Positions 34,042 through 48,080 are shown, numbered from the stretch's first letter. The stretch: DNA of 64,000 nucleotides from the human T2T-CHM13v2.0 reference genome, Homo sapiens (GCF_009914755.1 NC_060942.1); one strand, 5' to 3'. A program made the numbers and translations. Notes: a model not told the origin generated them from the letters alone.

Positions 34042-35579
34042 GAAACCCAAAAGGGAAAGAGAAAGTGAAAAGAAACTGAAGATGGACTCTATTTTGTGAA
34101 GTAGTAATGTTCAGAAACTGATTATTTGGATCAGAAACCATTGAAACTGCTTCAAGAATTATATCTTTAAGTACTGCTACTTGAATAACTCCGTTAAGGC
34201 TCTGTTTTGAAGCTTACATGGACAGATGTTTAGGACTTCAAGATCACACTTGTGGGAAATCTGGGGGAGCCACAACTTTTCATGAAATGCATTGTATACA
34301 AAATTCGTAGTTATGTCCAAAGAATAGGTTAACATGAAAACCCAATAAGACTTTCCATCTTGGCAGCCATCCTTTTTAAGAGTAAGTCGGTTACTTCAAA
34401 AAGAGCAAATACTGGGGATCAAATTATTTTAAGAGGTATTTCAGTTTTACATGCAAAATAGCCTTATTTTCATTTAGTTTGTTAGCACTATAGTGAGCTT
34501 TTCAAACACTATTTTAATCTTTATATTTAACTTATAAATTTTGCTTTCTATGGAAATAAATTTTGTTTTTGTATTAAAAATTAACTTTTCCCTTTTATAC
34601 AGAAACCTCAACCAAATTTACCTTACTTTCCTTCCAAAATATCCACTTTCAGGAATATAGGTGAATAACAAATAGGGCAGCATAGCAAATTGCTCAGACT
34701 CCAGCCAAATTGAGGTCAACATAGCATGCCCAAATAAGGCAAATCCACCCCGCTACCCCAATAGTTAACACACAGAATACTATGTGATACAGAATGCATT
34801 GAAGACCTACAGTCACTGGTAGTTTAAGCCACAGGTCTTCCTCCTGTAACCAGAGACAGAATGGGCTCCTTGCATAAATATAACTCATTGTGTGTATATT
34901 AAATCCATAAAATCTCTGGCAGTAAAGCCAGCCTGAAGGGATGGCCTCACCGTCTTAGAACACTGAGATCTCACCAGAACATTGTAAGCCATATAAACAA
35001 ACAGTAGGGGAAGAGTAAGTAACAGTGAAAACATCTAAAAGATTTAAGTGTTTAAAATGGGCAAAAGCGATTAGGGGAAAAAAACAGGTGAATTTGAAAA
35101 TAAACCAGGGTAAGGTAAATTCTAGAAACAATGGCATTTGAAATGAAAACCTCACTTAAGTTCACTGGAACAGTAAACAGGAGATTGTTGAGTTTTCTGA
35201 AGACAGCAATGACCTCACCTAGATGACTGTCAAGTTTGGGGAACATCAAGATTTTAATGTGTACTATAATGCTTAATATGTCCAAATTTTCAAAATGAAG
35301 TTTCTCAGATGTTATTTCTGCCATAGCAGTTACAGTGTAGAGTATCCCATAAATATCTTGGGCTAGAGAAATGCAGTTTATATATACCGTTGGATTTTTA
35401 TAATAAAGTTTTTTTCCCAAAAAAAAAAAAGAAAATTCCATCTGTTGGTAAAATAATTGAACACTCTCAGTGTCTTTAAACAATACCCGCTAGTTAGAAA
35501 ACTTGTATGTTGATTTTTATTGATTATTATTTCGTATCTGATAAAACACCATATAATATGAAGATATAAAATGAAAATA

Positions 35580-35873
35580 GCTGGGTGTGATGGCATGCAT
35601 CTGTAGTCCTAGCTACTTGGGAGGCTGAGGTGGGAGGATTGCTTGAGTCCAGGAGTTCTGGGCTGTTGTGCGCTATGCCGATAGGGTGGCTGCACTAAGT
35701 TCGGCATCAATATGGTGACCTTCCGGGAGTGAGGCACTGCCATGTTACCTAAGGATGGGTGAAACAGCCCAGAAACTGAGCAGATCAAAACTCCAGTGCT
35801 GCTCAATACTGGGATTGCGCCTGTGAATAGTCTCTACACTCCAGCCTGGGCAACATACAGAGACCCTCTCTCT
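35580..35873 (+). pseudogene. 7SL (SRP) RNA pseudogene, full length
   Basis: Alu-domain ends plus the S-domain sequence (CTATGCCGATAGGGTGGCTGCACTAAGTTCGGCATCAATATGGTGACC) that Alus lack. Many substitutions and a ~5-nt deletion near 35772. Confidence 0.93.
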
Positions 35874-37755
35874 TAAGATAAATATATAAGTAAATAAAAA
35901 GGATCATTTCACAATTCTAAGCTTATGTGAATGCATACATAGATTTTTTTTCCTACGCAAATTAATGGTCTTAATGTTTAGACTTCCAGGTCAGCCTAAG
36001 ATCATGAAAACTCAGTAATAAATCACCGCTACGATGAAAGGGGAAGAAGCAAGAGGAAAAAAAAGTAAATGCTCATTTCTGTCTTGTTTATTATTTTTCA
36101 GTTCAAACAGGTTAGAGAGGCCGGGAAGCCAACCAGACCTAGTTGGTATGTCATATATCACATTCCAGTTCATATGCATATTTCTGTCTGGTTCTGTGCA
36201 GAGAAGGGAAGACAACAGAGAAAGGAAGAAAACAGCCGGCCTTTCTTCTCCAGCCCCCATTTCTGAGCTGGCCTTAAGGTTGAGGATAAGAGTGAGAATC
36301 AGTAGCAACTCCTTTAGGAGTGAACATAGAAAAACCGAAACAGAACTTTTCTTTTTCAGTCACTCCAGAATTAATGCACATAAATCCCTCCCTCCCCAAA
36401 AGCATTAAGAAGATTAAGTACTTGGGCTTTTCATCAGTTGCTTTCTTCTGTTCGGAATCATTGTGAACAAGTATGGTGCAAACAAGAAGCTGTCTTTGGA
36501 CGAAATTCATTTTCCTTTATTTTAGACAAAATTCATTTTGTTTTATTTTAAACAAAACATTCTGACTAGTTTATAATCTACAAAGTATAAAAGTGATTCT
36601 TTTTGGTGTACTGATCTGTAGATTTTGACAAATGTAAAGAGTTGTGACAACTACCACAATCAAGATACTGAACCATTCCATCACCCTGTCAGCCCCCAAA
36701 ATTCTGTCATGCTGACCCTTTATTCAGTCTTTTAAAGTAAATTATATTTTTATTTATTCTTAGGCAATTGATCTATGTCAATTGGGCAAAACTGAAGAAA
36801 AAATTAACATTTTTAGAAAGATTAACCCCTCTCTATAACATGAGTATAAGAAGTTCTTTTCACTATGGGCCCACGATAATGGGTTTCCACAGTGTAGTGC
36901 TTCTCGTGTTCGCCTCACACTATGGGCTCCCCATCAGTCTATCAGCCCCCTCCAGTGTGATCACAGATTGCTTTCTGGATCTAGCAGGATTAGGGTTGCT
37001 CTTTGATTTAAGTTGTTGCTTACATCCATAGGACTTCAATTCTCTTTATGTTTCTTCCACTCTTCCTCATAAAGTGGTTATTGATTTCTTCACTATGTTT
37101 ACTGCTCTTTAAATGTGCTAAAGCAACTCTTAAAACATGGAGCCCAGAATTAGATGCAATGCTCCAGATGTTGATATCGTACATGATGGGCCTAACAAGC
37201 ACACACTTTCCCCTCCTGGATTCTGAAACGGCAGTAGCGTTTTTATTTTCGGAGCCACAATTCAGTGTTTACTGACTGTGAGTATTCTGGTCAATTAAAC
37301 AAATGAAAAACATTTAACACATGGCTGTGAATTCATTTTGTCCTTATCCTGTACATGTAGCACTGGGATTTTTACATCCAAGTAAAGGCTTTTATATTTA
37401 CCCTCACAATGTTTTCTGTGTGAAAATTAGCCATGGGTCCAGTCTGTTAAGATGGGTCTGGATGCTGTTTCTGTGACATTATGTATGAGACATCCTTGCT
37501 CATTTGCCATCAAGGATAGCAGGCAGCCAGGATTGCTTGCTCACTGCCTTGTTAGTCTCACATCTCTCTTTAATCTTGATGCTGGCTCTTTTTCGCCCAT
37601 TTTCTCGTTGCTCATATCTCTTCAAAAGTGAAAGACACCACAGCCAGAGTCAGTAGAAAGAGAAAGGGGACAGACCCAGTGAGTGCTGCTGGACCTGCAA
37701 CTCCATGTATGATTTCCTATTTGGGGTCTTATGAGGACACTGAAAACTGGGTCTT

Positions 37756-37925
37756 CAGCCTGGCCAACATGGCAAAACCCCATCTTTACTAAAAATACAA
37801 AAATTAGCTGGGTGTGGTGGTGCGCACCTGTAATCCCAGCTACTCGGGAGGCTAAGGCATGAGAATCGCTTGAACCTGGGAGGCAGAGGTTGCAGTGGCC
37901 CGAGATCACAATGAACAAAAAGAGA
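37756..37925 (+). mobile_element. Truncated AluS
   Basis: Partial Alu flanked by AAAACT(G/T)G(G/C)...CTT. Confidence 0.8.
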
Positions 37926-38090
37926 AAACTTGGCCTTTTCTGGAAAAACAAATGGAGGGGCTAGTAAAAAAAAAAAAAAAAGGTTCATGATTGGGATTAT
38001 TACCTTATGACGATATATTGGGCAAGCCTTGGAAAGAGCATGGTTTGGACTAAAGAATAGAAGGAACCCTCTATTAGTAACATTTTGTCA

Positions 38091-38519
<429 letters not shown>

Positions 38520-39365
38520 TTATAAGGCTTGTTTCTAGGACATTTTGGAATTCTTTGCTACTATTCCTTTGATTCTAAAATTTTTGATAATGAAGTGTTT
38601 GGATAGAACAGATGTATTGACATCAAAAATATTATTAATGTTTACTCTAATTTTAGAATAATTCATGTTTATTAAACACCAAAGGGATTTCCTTTCTTTT
38701 GAAATTATTTCAGATATACAAAGTACAAAAATAAGATAATAAACACTCATGTACCACTGCCCAGATCTTACAAATGACATTGTTGCTACATTTTGCCTCA
38801 GATTTTGGAAACACAAAATAAAACATTCCACAGATGTGAACTGAAGCTTGGTCTATATGAAGCTCCCTTTGTGTCCCCTTCAGATTCTTTCCCTGCCCCC
38901 ATTTTCCACATGTAGCAACATAGCGTTACCATGTTGATTCGTGCAGCTTTTGTTTATTCTTCTTGACTGCTATGCAGTAATTCATTTATGAATATCCCAT
39001 AATTTAAACATTTCCCTTAGTGATTATTTAGATGAGTTTAAAATTTTTTGATTTTAATATGCTGCTGTGCACATTTTTTACAAGTCTTTGAGGTCACACG
39101 TGTTCAAGTTTCTATAGTATATATATGTGGACATGAACTTCTGGATGATGCGGTACAAACATCTTCAAGCTTATTGGACATTGACAAATTTCAAAGTGGT
39201 TGTAACAATTTATATCTCCCCAGCATTTATTCCCACAGTATATTTCACATTCTTGCACACCCTTGGTATTGCCAGACTTTAAACATTTTGCCAATCTTAC
39301 GGGTATAAAGTGGCAGGTTATTTTTATTTTAAGCCTTTACACTTTGTAAATATCAGCTTAATTGA

Positions 39366-39696
<331 letters not shown>

Positions 39697-39871
39697 CACC
39701 ACTCACCCTTTTAAAATTATATAATTTGGTGGTTTTCGTTATATTCTCTTTTTTTAAATGTGTCTTTTTTTCACATAAAAGTTTCAGGAAGTAATGTAGT
39801 TAAGTTAATCGATTTTTTCTCTTATGATTTATACTTTTTGTATCTTATATAAGATTTCCTTCCTTATCACA

Positions 39872-40168
39872 TTTTTTTTTTTTAAAAAGAGATGGGGTCT
39901 TACTCTGTTGCCCAGGCTGGAGTGCAGTGATGCAATCATGGCTCACTATAGCCTCGACACCCAGGCTCAAGAGATCCTCCCACCTCAGCCTCCCAAGTAG
40001 CTGGGACTACAGGTGTGTGCCACCATGGCCGGCTAATTTTTAATTTTTTGTAGAGACAGGGTCTGACTATATTGCCCATGCTAGTCTTGAACTCCTGGGC
40101 TTAAGCAATCTTCCCACCTTGGCCTACTAAAATGTTGGGATTACAGACATGAGCCACCGTGCCTGGCC
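39872..40168 (-). mobile_element. AluJ within old L1ME-like sequence (~38690-40680)
   Basis: Reverse dimer; TSD CCTTATCACA; flanks resemble the L1M reverse strand (GATTAATTTGGAGAGAATTGACATCTTTA). Confidence 0.8.
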
Positions 40169-40699
40169 CCTTATCACAACTTTAAAAAGTTATTCTCTTA
40201 CATTTTCTTCTGAAATTTTTCAAAGTTTGTTTTTCACATTTAGGCTTTTAATTCTCCTAAAATTGACTTTTATCTATGGGGTGAATTTAAGGATCTTAAT
40301 AATCTCTTTCTATAGACTCCAAACCATGTTTTAAATAGTTTATTTTTTCCCACTGATTTATAATGTTAATTCAGTGTACATCAGATTTCTATATTTACTT
40401 TCTAATATGTTTCACCTATGTTTTTTGTCTTTACTACGTCAAGATCACAATGTCTTAATCATTACATTTTACAGTGATATTCCTTAGAATAAGGACTTCC
40501 CCTTTCTTTTTCATTAAAAGTGGTTTTGTGGCCCTTTGCTCTTCCAAATGAAATTTAACTTTGGCCTGTCAAGTTCAAAAACCTTAATGAAATCTGAAAT
40601 GGAATATTAGTAGATTTACAGATTAATTTGGAGAGAATTGACATCTTTATTATATTCCCAGTCAAGAACATGGTCTATGTAATTAAGCTTCCTTAATTT

Positions 40700-41218
40700 T
40701 TGTCTCCACTTACAACATAGGACCAACAGGAGAATGTCAAATATGACCCCTAACCAATCAAGTTAAATGTCAGGAGAATGTCAAATATGACAACTAACCA
40801 ATCAAGAATGTCAAATATGACCGCTAACCAAGTGCTCTGTGTAGGCACTTAACTGAAGAAAAATCATAAGATGTACAAATCTGGAAAAGGATACTTTATT
40901 TCTTGTAAAGGGTTACAGATAGCAATGTGGCCATTCTGACAGGCTGGGAAGTGTAGTCTCAGGCAAAGACCAGAGACAGGCACTTTGAAGAAGGGGTTGG
41001 GTAGGCTTCTAGTTAGTCTACCTGCAGCTTCCCCAGGCCAACAACAGGGTATACCCAAGCCTCCCGTTTTTCCACTATAAAGCTATTCCATCTCTCTGCC
41101 TGCCTTTGCAGCTCTGCCAAACACAAGCGATTGCGGCTGGCTCTCTTGCTAGAGCAAGCTCTGAATGAATCACCTTTCCTTGTTCTCATTTGGATGGTCT
41201 CCGTTTATTTCTTCCACA
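40700..41218 (+). mobile_element. ERV1-type LTR fragment carrying an inserted duplicate
   Basis: CCAAT boxes, CTATAAA, and a ...TTTATTTCTTCCACA end; family not identified. Confidence 0.5.
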
Positions 41219-42404
41219 CAAGAAAGAGAGAAGCACAACAGAGGAACCACTGCTGAGATCTGTAGGATAATGCCTTCTTATACTAACTCCCTCATGGACT
41301 AGATCCTGACTGGTGAAGATCCAAGACAGGAGACGTCAACATTCTTGAGGAATAGAGGATGTGTACAGCTTGGCTCTAGATGTTCAGAAGAATTTATTAC
41401 CAGTAAAGACATGAAAGAAAGGGTGGGTGAATGAGAAGATAGTTCTCTCCTTTATTTGTTTTTCCCTCAGGAGATATGTGAAAGTTGAGGGGGAAAAGGC
41501 CCTAGGATAATAGATGGAACTAATAATACTGGACTAGCCCAGACAAGGAGGTGAATTTTTGTTATGAGGTTGATCTTTGCATCCTTTCAGCCGTGTGTTG
41601 ATTTTAACATCCCTTTGGAAATCCCTCTGGCACATTGTAAGGACCTAATGTATGTTTGCCAAATCTGAATCTGAGGCTACCTGGCCAAGGCAATGTGGGA
41701 GATGACTTGAGGTGGCATCAGCCACTTTGGGGTTTCAGAACATGAAAATCAGGCCATTTATCTTTTAGTTCCTCTTCTATTTTCATCTCTGAATAATTTA
41801 TTCATTCATTTTAAAAATAATATATTTAGTATCCCCTGTATGCTAGTCTCATTAGCCACCTAGAGACCAACTGTAAGTTCTTCCAGTGCTGCCTAACAAT
41901 TCCAGTTGATCGTGTTTTCTCTTTTCAAGCAAAACTAAATTCTGAGCTAAACTAGATGTCAACCTAAAATGTGAATGGCATTTATCCTTTGTATTACAAA
42001 CAGTGTAATTGTACACTTTTAGGTATTTTAAAATGTACAATTAAATCATTATTGACTACATAGTTATTTTATGGTCATAATAAAAATTATATAGAAATAT
42101 AAAATCCATACATTTCTGAGTCACGAAAAATTATTAATAAATATTTGTTATATAGTTCTCTTTTTTAAAAAAGGTGAATGGTTAATGGAATTATCTCTTC
42201 TAATGCGTGTTTGCAATTTTTAAAGGGTGGCGTTAGTACAGGTAAATCTCTGGCTTATTCCTGGAACATATTTTGAGCTAAATAGATTTTTTAAAAAGTA
42301 CCTTACCGCTATGCATCTGCTGGAACATAAAAGTCTGGTACCAGTCATCCAATATCACTTTACTTTTTGGGAAATCCCCACTGAATGGAGCTCTGTTTAG
42401 GCAC

Positions 42405-43635
42405 TTAACTAAAAAAAAATCGGGCTGGTGTGGTGGCTTATGCCTGTAATCCCAGCACTTTGGGAGGCCGATGCGGGCAGATCGCCTGAGGTCAGGAGTT
42501 CGAGACCAGCCTGGCCAATATGGTGAAACCCCGTCTCTACTAAAAATACAAAAATTAGCCAGGCATGGTGGCAGGTGCCTGTAATCCCAGCTACTCAGGA
42601 CGCTGAGGCAGGAGAATCACTTGAACCAGAGGTTGCAGTGAGCTGAGATGGTGCCATTGCATTCCAGCCTGTGCAACAAGAGCGAGACTTCATCTCAAAT
42701 AAAAAAAAAAAAAAGAAAAGAAAAATCCTAAGATCTATAAATCTACAAAGGGAGACTTTATTTCTTGTAAAGGGTTACAGCTAGCAATGTGGCCATTCTG
42801 ACAAGCTGGGAAGCATAGTCTCAGGCAAAGACCAGAGACAGGCACTTTGAAGGAGGGGTTGGGTAGGACCTTTATGATGAACAGATTGGCTAAACATACA
42901 TATTCAACAGGTTATTGCAGGAGCTATGAATATTCATGAAGGTGATCCTGATGCTTGCATATTGAACAAATTTGCATGTTACATATGATCCGTGTTTACT
43001 TTGGGGTGGAGAGTTAACATTTACATGTATTACAAGTAGGCCCCATATGTCAAAAGATCTCTTTAGGACACAAAGGCATTCAAATTCACAGCATCTGTAA
43101 ACTGACCAGAGCTAGTCCATGGTTGTTGGGTCTTCTGATCTGGAGATATTTACTGTGATCAGTCTCTTGACCACTCCCAGGTGTAGTTACGGCTGGTGGA
43201 ACAAGGGTTCAGTTAGTCAGCATCTGGTGGTGGATGAGCTGCGATTGTTTCAATAATGCTTATCTCAAGGCCAGTGCTTGTTTAGCTGTTTGTTTAAGGA
43301 AAAAGAAAAACCTTGTGGCAGTTAGAAGATAGTTTATTTTTTAAGTGTAGGGCACTGCCTTAGGCTCTGCTTATAATTTGGAATCTTATTGCTAGAAAGA
43401 GTCCATGCTGTCAGTCTTATGATCTCTATTTTCATATCAATGCTGGTCAATCCTTGTGTCTAAACTGCAAAAGGGAGGGGATATAATGAGGGTGTCTGAC
43501 CTCCTGCCCCGTCATGGTGGGGAACTTCATTTTTAAGATTTCTCTGGGGTCTCCTTGGCCAAGAGGGGGTCCCCTTGGCCAAGAGGGGGTCCATTCAGTT
43601 GGGTGGGGGGCTTAGAATTTTATTTTTGGTTTATA
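42405..43635 (-). mobile_element. MER4D-like ERV1 solo LTR with an AluS insertion (42423-42720, +)
   Basis: Reverse complement starts TATAAACCAAAAATAAAATTCTAAGCCCCCCACCCAACTGAATGGACCCC, the MER4 terminus. Confidence 0.8.
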
Positions 43636-43749
43636 GGGAGAAACCTGGAAAGCGAGTCTCCACGGGCATAATACGTACTGAATCCCCGTACAAGAAATGC
43701 AGAGTTCAGGGGCTTGTGGCTTAGATTTGGGTATGTGATTGAGTGGAGG

Positions 43750-44203
43750 TGATACAGGGCAAGTGAGCCCCAAACTGGAGCTTAGACAGTGAGGGTTCTT
43801 GGCTTTGCCGAGGAAAGAATTCAAGGGCAAGCCAGAGCTAGAAGAAAACAGCTTTATTGAACAGGCAGTGTGACAGCTCCGTGACTGTTCCTGCAGAGCA
43901 GGGTCACCCCACAGGCAGAGTAGCAGCTCAGGGCAGTTTTGCAGTCATATTTATTCTCACTTTTAATTGCATGCAGATTAAGGGTCGTTTTATGCAGGGA
44001 AGGGGTAGTAACTTTTGGATCACTGGGTGCCATGGAAAGGGGGGTAACTGCCAGGTGTTGCTGTGGTAACAGCAAACAAATATGGCACACTGGTGGGAGG
44101 GTCTGATTGAAAGCTGTATTTGCCCTGCCCTGTTTTAGCTAGTCCTCAATCTGGTCCAGTGTCTGAGCCCTGCCTCTCGAGTCCAGTCCCTCCTGCTACT
44201 TCA
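43750..44203 (-). mobile_element. ERV1 solo LTR (MER41/LTR19-like)
   Basis: TGA...TCA termini, AATAAA on the minus strand (TTTATT near 43853), GAGGACTAGCTAAAACAGGG motif. Confidence 0.65.
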
Positions 44204-44969
44204 GAGATGAGGCTTAGAAAGGGACTCTTAGATGAAGAGAGGCTTAATAGAACAGGCTTTGAAAGCAGAAATTCAGGACACAACAATCTGAACAGGGAGG
44301 TCAAAGTGGCATGTGAAAGTGCCATGAAAGAAACATGAAGTGTTAATTTTAGTTCGCTGAGAACAGTGAAAGGTGTTGAAAAGCCATTACCCTTAAAATA
44401 ATAATTTTCTTTTTCCTTTGTTTTTTAAAGATCAATGACTTTTTTCCAGAAAAAGAAGGAAATTCCTGTATATTTTAGTATGTCCAACTAAAAGCATGCT
44501 CAATATATGTTGACTTAATCAATTTATCAAAGTTCATTAAGATTCCCTCCTGCATTAAATAACATGCAGGTTGAAACTCTCACTGCACTCAGATTTTGCT
44601 AATGTTTTCTTGTTCCCTAAAGAAAAATAGGCAATAAAGAGATAGAAATATTCCTGTTTTAAGTTAAATCTCAATAATGTTGTCTTATGACTTTTGAATA
44701 CTTTTGAAATTACAATCCCTTTTTCCTACTATAATGTGCAAAGGCATTTTGATTCTGTGGTGATAGAAAAAATAAAATTTATAAAAATAATTCCTCGTCT
44801 TTATAAGGAGTAGCTTCAACTCTCAGAATCGTTTTTAAGCTTTTGTTAAAAAGTTACAAAATAGTTGGACACACTTCAAAACAGATCCAAACATGTGTAA
44901 GCACATTTATAATTTTCTCATGAAAGTCTACACATCATCTAAAGATATGCTTTTTAAGTGTAGTGTACC

Positions 44970-45488
44970 ATTTTCTTTTTTCTTTAAATTTCAATAACTT
45001 TAGGGGTACAAGTGGTTTTTGGTTACATGGATGAATTGTATAGTGGTGAAGTCTGAAATTTTAGTGTGCCCATCCCTCAAGTAGTGTACATTGTACCCAG
45101 TATGTAGTCTTTTATCCCTTTCCCGCCTCCCACCATTCCCCATTGTGAGTCTCCAAAGCCCATTATACTATTCTGTATGCATTTGCATCCTCATAGCTTA
45201 GCTCCCACTTCTAAGTGAGAACATATGGTATTTGGTTTTCCATTCCTGAGTTACTTCACTTAGATTAATGACCTCCATTTCCAACCAAGTTACTGCAAAA
45301 GACTTTTTTTTTTCAGCTGAGTAGTATTCCATGGTTTATATATGCCACATTTTCTTTACCCACTCATCAGATGACGTGCACTTAGATTGGCTCCATATCT
45401 TTGCAATTGTGACTTGTAGACTGGTACTGCAATAAACATATGTGTACAGGTGTCTTTTTAATGTAGTGACTTCTTTTCCTTTGGGTAG
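44970..45488 (-). mobile_element. L1PB 3' end
   Basis: GGGGTACAAGTGGTTTTTGGTTACATGGATGAATTGTATAGTGGTGAAGTCTG. Confidence 0.8.
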
Positions 45489-45495
45489 AGGCCAG

Positions 45496-45844
45496 CGATA
45501 TGGTTTGGCTCTGTGCCCTCGCCCAAATCTCATCTTAAATTATAATCTCCATATGTCTAGCGAGGGAGGCAATTGAATCATGAGGGCCGTTTCCCCTATG
45601 CTATTCTCATGTTACTGAGTGAGTTCCCACAAGATCTGATTGTTTTAAGTGTTTGGCAGATCCTCCTTCATTCTTCTCTCACCTGCCGCCATGTAAGATG
45701 TGCCTGCTTCCCCTCTGCCATGATTGTAAGTTTCCTGAGGACCCCCCCATCCATGTGGAACTTGAGTCAATTAGGCCTCTTTTCTTTATAAATTACCCAG
45801 TCTTGGGTAGTATCTTCATAGCAGTGTGAAAACAGACAAATCCA
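45496..45844 (+). mobile_element. MSTA/THE1D-type MaLR solo LTR
   Basis: GATATGGTTTGGCT...AAATTACCCAGTCT; TSD GCCAG. Confidence 0.85.
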
Positions 45845-46239
45845 GCCAGCCTAGATAACATAATGAGAGTGAAGAAGGGAATCCTAGGCAGGTGAGAAAA
45901 GCGAGGCAGGTAAGGCAGGTAAGCAAGCCTCTAGGCAGGCCAGGCAGGCCAGGAAGACCAGGCAGGCCATGCCAGCAAGAGGCCATGCAGGCCAGGTAGG
46001 CAAGGAAGGCAGAAAGGAAAACATGTATGGTTTCACTTACCTTCTTGAACATATGGAGTCTATTTAGGGTGGTTGTTACAATATCCTTGTTTGCTTCTTC
46101 CATTATCTCTGTCATTTCTGTGTTTCTATTTCTGATTTTTATTTTGGTTGTGGGTCATATTTCTGGTTTATTTGTACGTCTAATACATTTTAAATTTGTG
46201 CTTGACTTTGAGTATTAGTTATTCTAGGGCTATTTTAGA

Positions 46240-46543
46240 CTCTCTTTCTTTCTTTTCTTTTCTGCCTTCCTTGTCTGCCTGGCCTGCCTGGCCTGCCTGC
46301 TTAACCTGCCTGGTCTGCCTAACCTGCCTGGCCTACTTAACCTGCCTGTTCTTCCTGGCCTGCCTGGCCTACTTAACCTGCCTGACCTTGACCTGCTTGG
46401 CTTTTCTTACCTGCCTAGGCTGCCCTCCCTCCCTCTCACTGTGTTGCCCAGAGCCTGGCCTCAAGCTCCTGGGGTCATGCAATCCTCTCACCTTGAGCCT
46501 CCCAAGTAGCTGCGCCTATGGGCATGCACCACCATGTTCGGCC
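46240..46543 (-). mobile_element. FLAM-like Alu monomer with a complex (GCAGG/GCCAG)-rich tail
   Basis: 46435-46543 is a reverse Alu monomer; 46260-46434 is CCTG-rich repeat. Confidence 0.7.
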
Positions 46544-47544
46544 CAGTCCCGCTTTTAAGGTAACATCTTTCTGAGGTTTCTACTGAATGCCTGTGTATTC
46601 AAGAAGACCCCATGCAAACCGCCATTCCAGCTGGAGGGAATCAAATAATTCCTGGCACTGTATAAGCTTTGGAAATTGTTCATCTTACATCTCCCTTGTA
46701 ATTGTTTTTTCCCTTGGTAGTTGTTGTTCCCTGACCTTGTGATATTTCCTCTTATGTATGTACAGATTGGAATTCAGCCAAAGACCGAAGTAGATCTCTA
46801 TTCTATGGTTTGAATAACATTTACTTGGTAGGCTGGGGCACAAATTAGTGCATATGGTCAGTGTGTTAATTTACTAAGCAAGAACCTTTTGACATCCACT
46901 GTGTGTATGGTGCTATATTAGGCTGCCTTACACTCAAAGAAATTGGCCAGATATACCATGTGACATATGGAAGAATTGGCTTTGTTTTTAATAACCACCA
47001 CCACCTCCCCTGGGGAAGTGTCTTTTGATGTTCTCCAATACCTGTGTCGTGTTTAATTACAGGAGGAGAAATACAAAACAACAACAACAAAACTAAACAA
47101 CCCCCCCCCCCCCCGCCCCAAAAGCAGGCAGGTCATAAAGGATGGATTGAAAATAGCCTGCTGACAATTCTTCCGTGAGAATTTCTGTGACTCTCTTTCT
47201 ACGTCTCTTCCTTTGGATAAGTTTACTTATTTTTATACAGAACTAAAAGGAGTGTGATTGAATTACGCCACTCTTTGATTCAGCTGGCAGTGGCAGCACA
47301 GTGTAGTAACTGGCAAGGACTCTCAAGTTGTGCTACTCAAAACACATGATCCCTATATGCTCCCATTAATAAATTCTGGGAAAATCAAACATTTTTATGT
47401 CTTAGCATTGATTTGGAAACCATCTGTGGTGCATTATTTACAAGTGTTTATTTTTAATTAACTATTTTTGCCTTTTTTTTTTTTTAAATTGGAAGAACCT
47501 CTTAATGACTTGAAATCCAGTTTGAGTCACCTCTTTAGTCATTG

Positions 47545-48080
<536 letters not shown>

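Larger units (their letters stand above)
32106..35430 (+). pseudogene. NFE2L3P1: Processed pseudogene of NFE2L3 (NRF3, CNC-bZIP transcription factor), 5'-truncated at about codon 42
   Basis: Translations match NFE2L3 (DELLFLGGPASSAYALSPF...; DSDSGLSLDSS; RDIRRRGKNKVxAQNCRKRKLD) with no introns. Against the recalled parent there is a +4 TTTC duplication (~32765), a -2 (~32996), a -1 (~33104) and a premature TAG at 34039-34041; the ancestral TGA is at 34066-34068. AATAAA at 35402, A12 tail at 35419-35430, TSD GAAAATTCC at 32097-32105 and 35431-35439. P1 versus P2 assignment is from recall only. Confidence 0.93.

Noticed and set aside
40727-40831. Three spaced direct repeats superficially like a CRISPR array
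   Set aside because: Eukaryotic DNA, no unique regular spacers and no cas genes; treated as a local triplication.
43553-43592. 20-bp tandem duplication CCTTGGCCAAGAGGGGGTCC in MER4D
   Set aside because: Simple microhomology slippage; no sign of function.
45816-46558. ORFs with GLPGLPGLP and LTCLAxLTCL repeats
   Set aside because: Products of the GCAGG/CCTG low-complexity tracts, not collagen-like genes.
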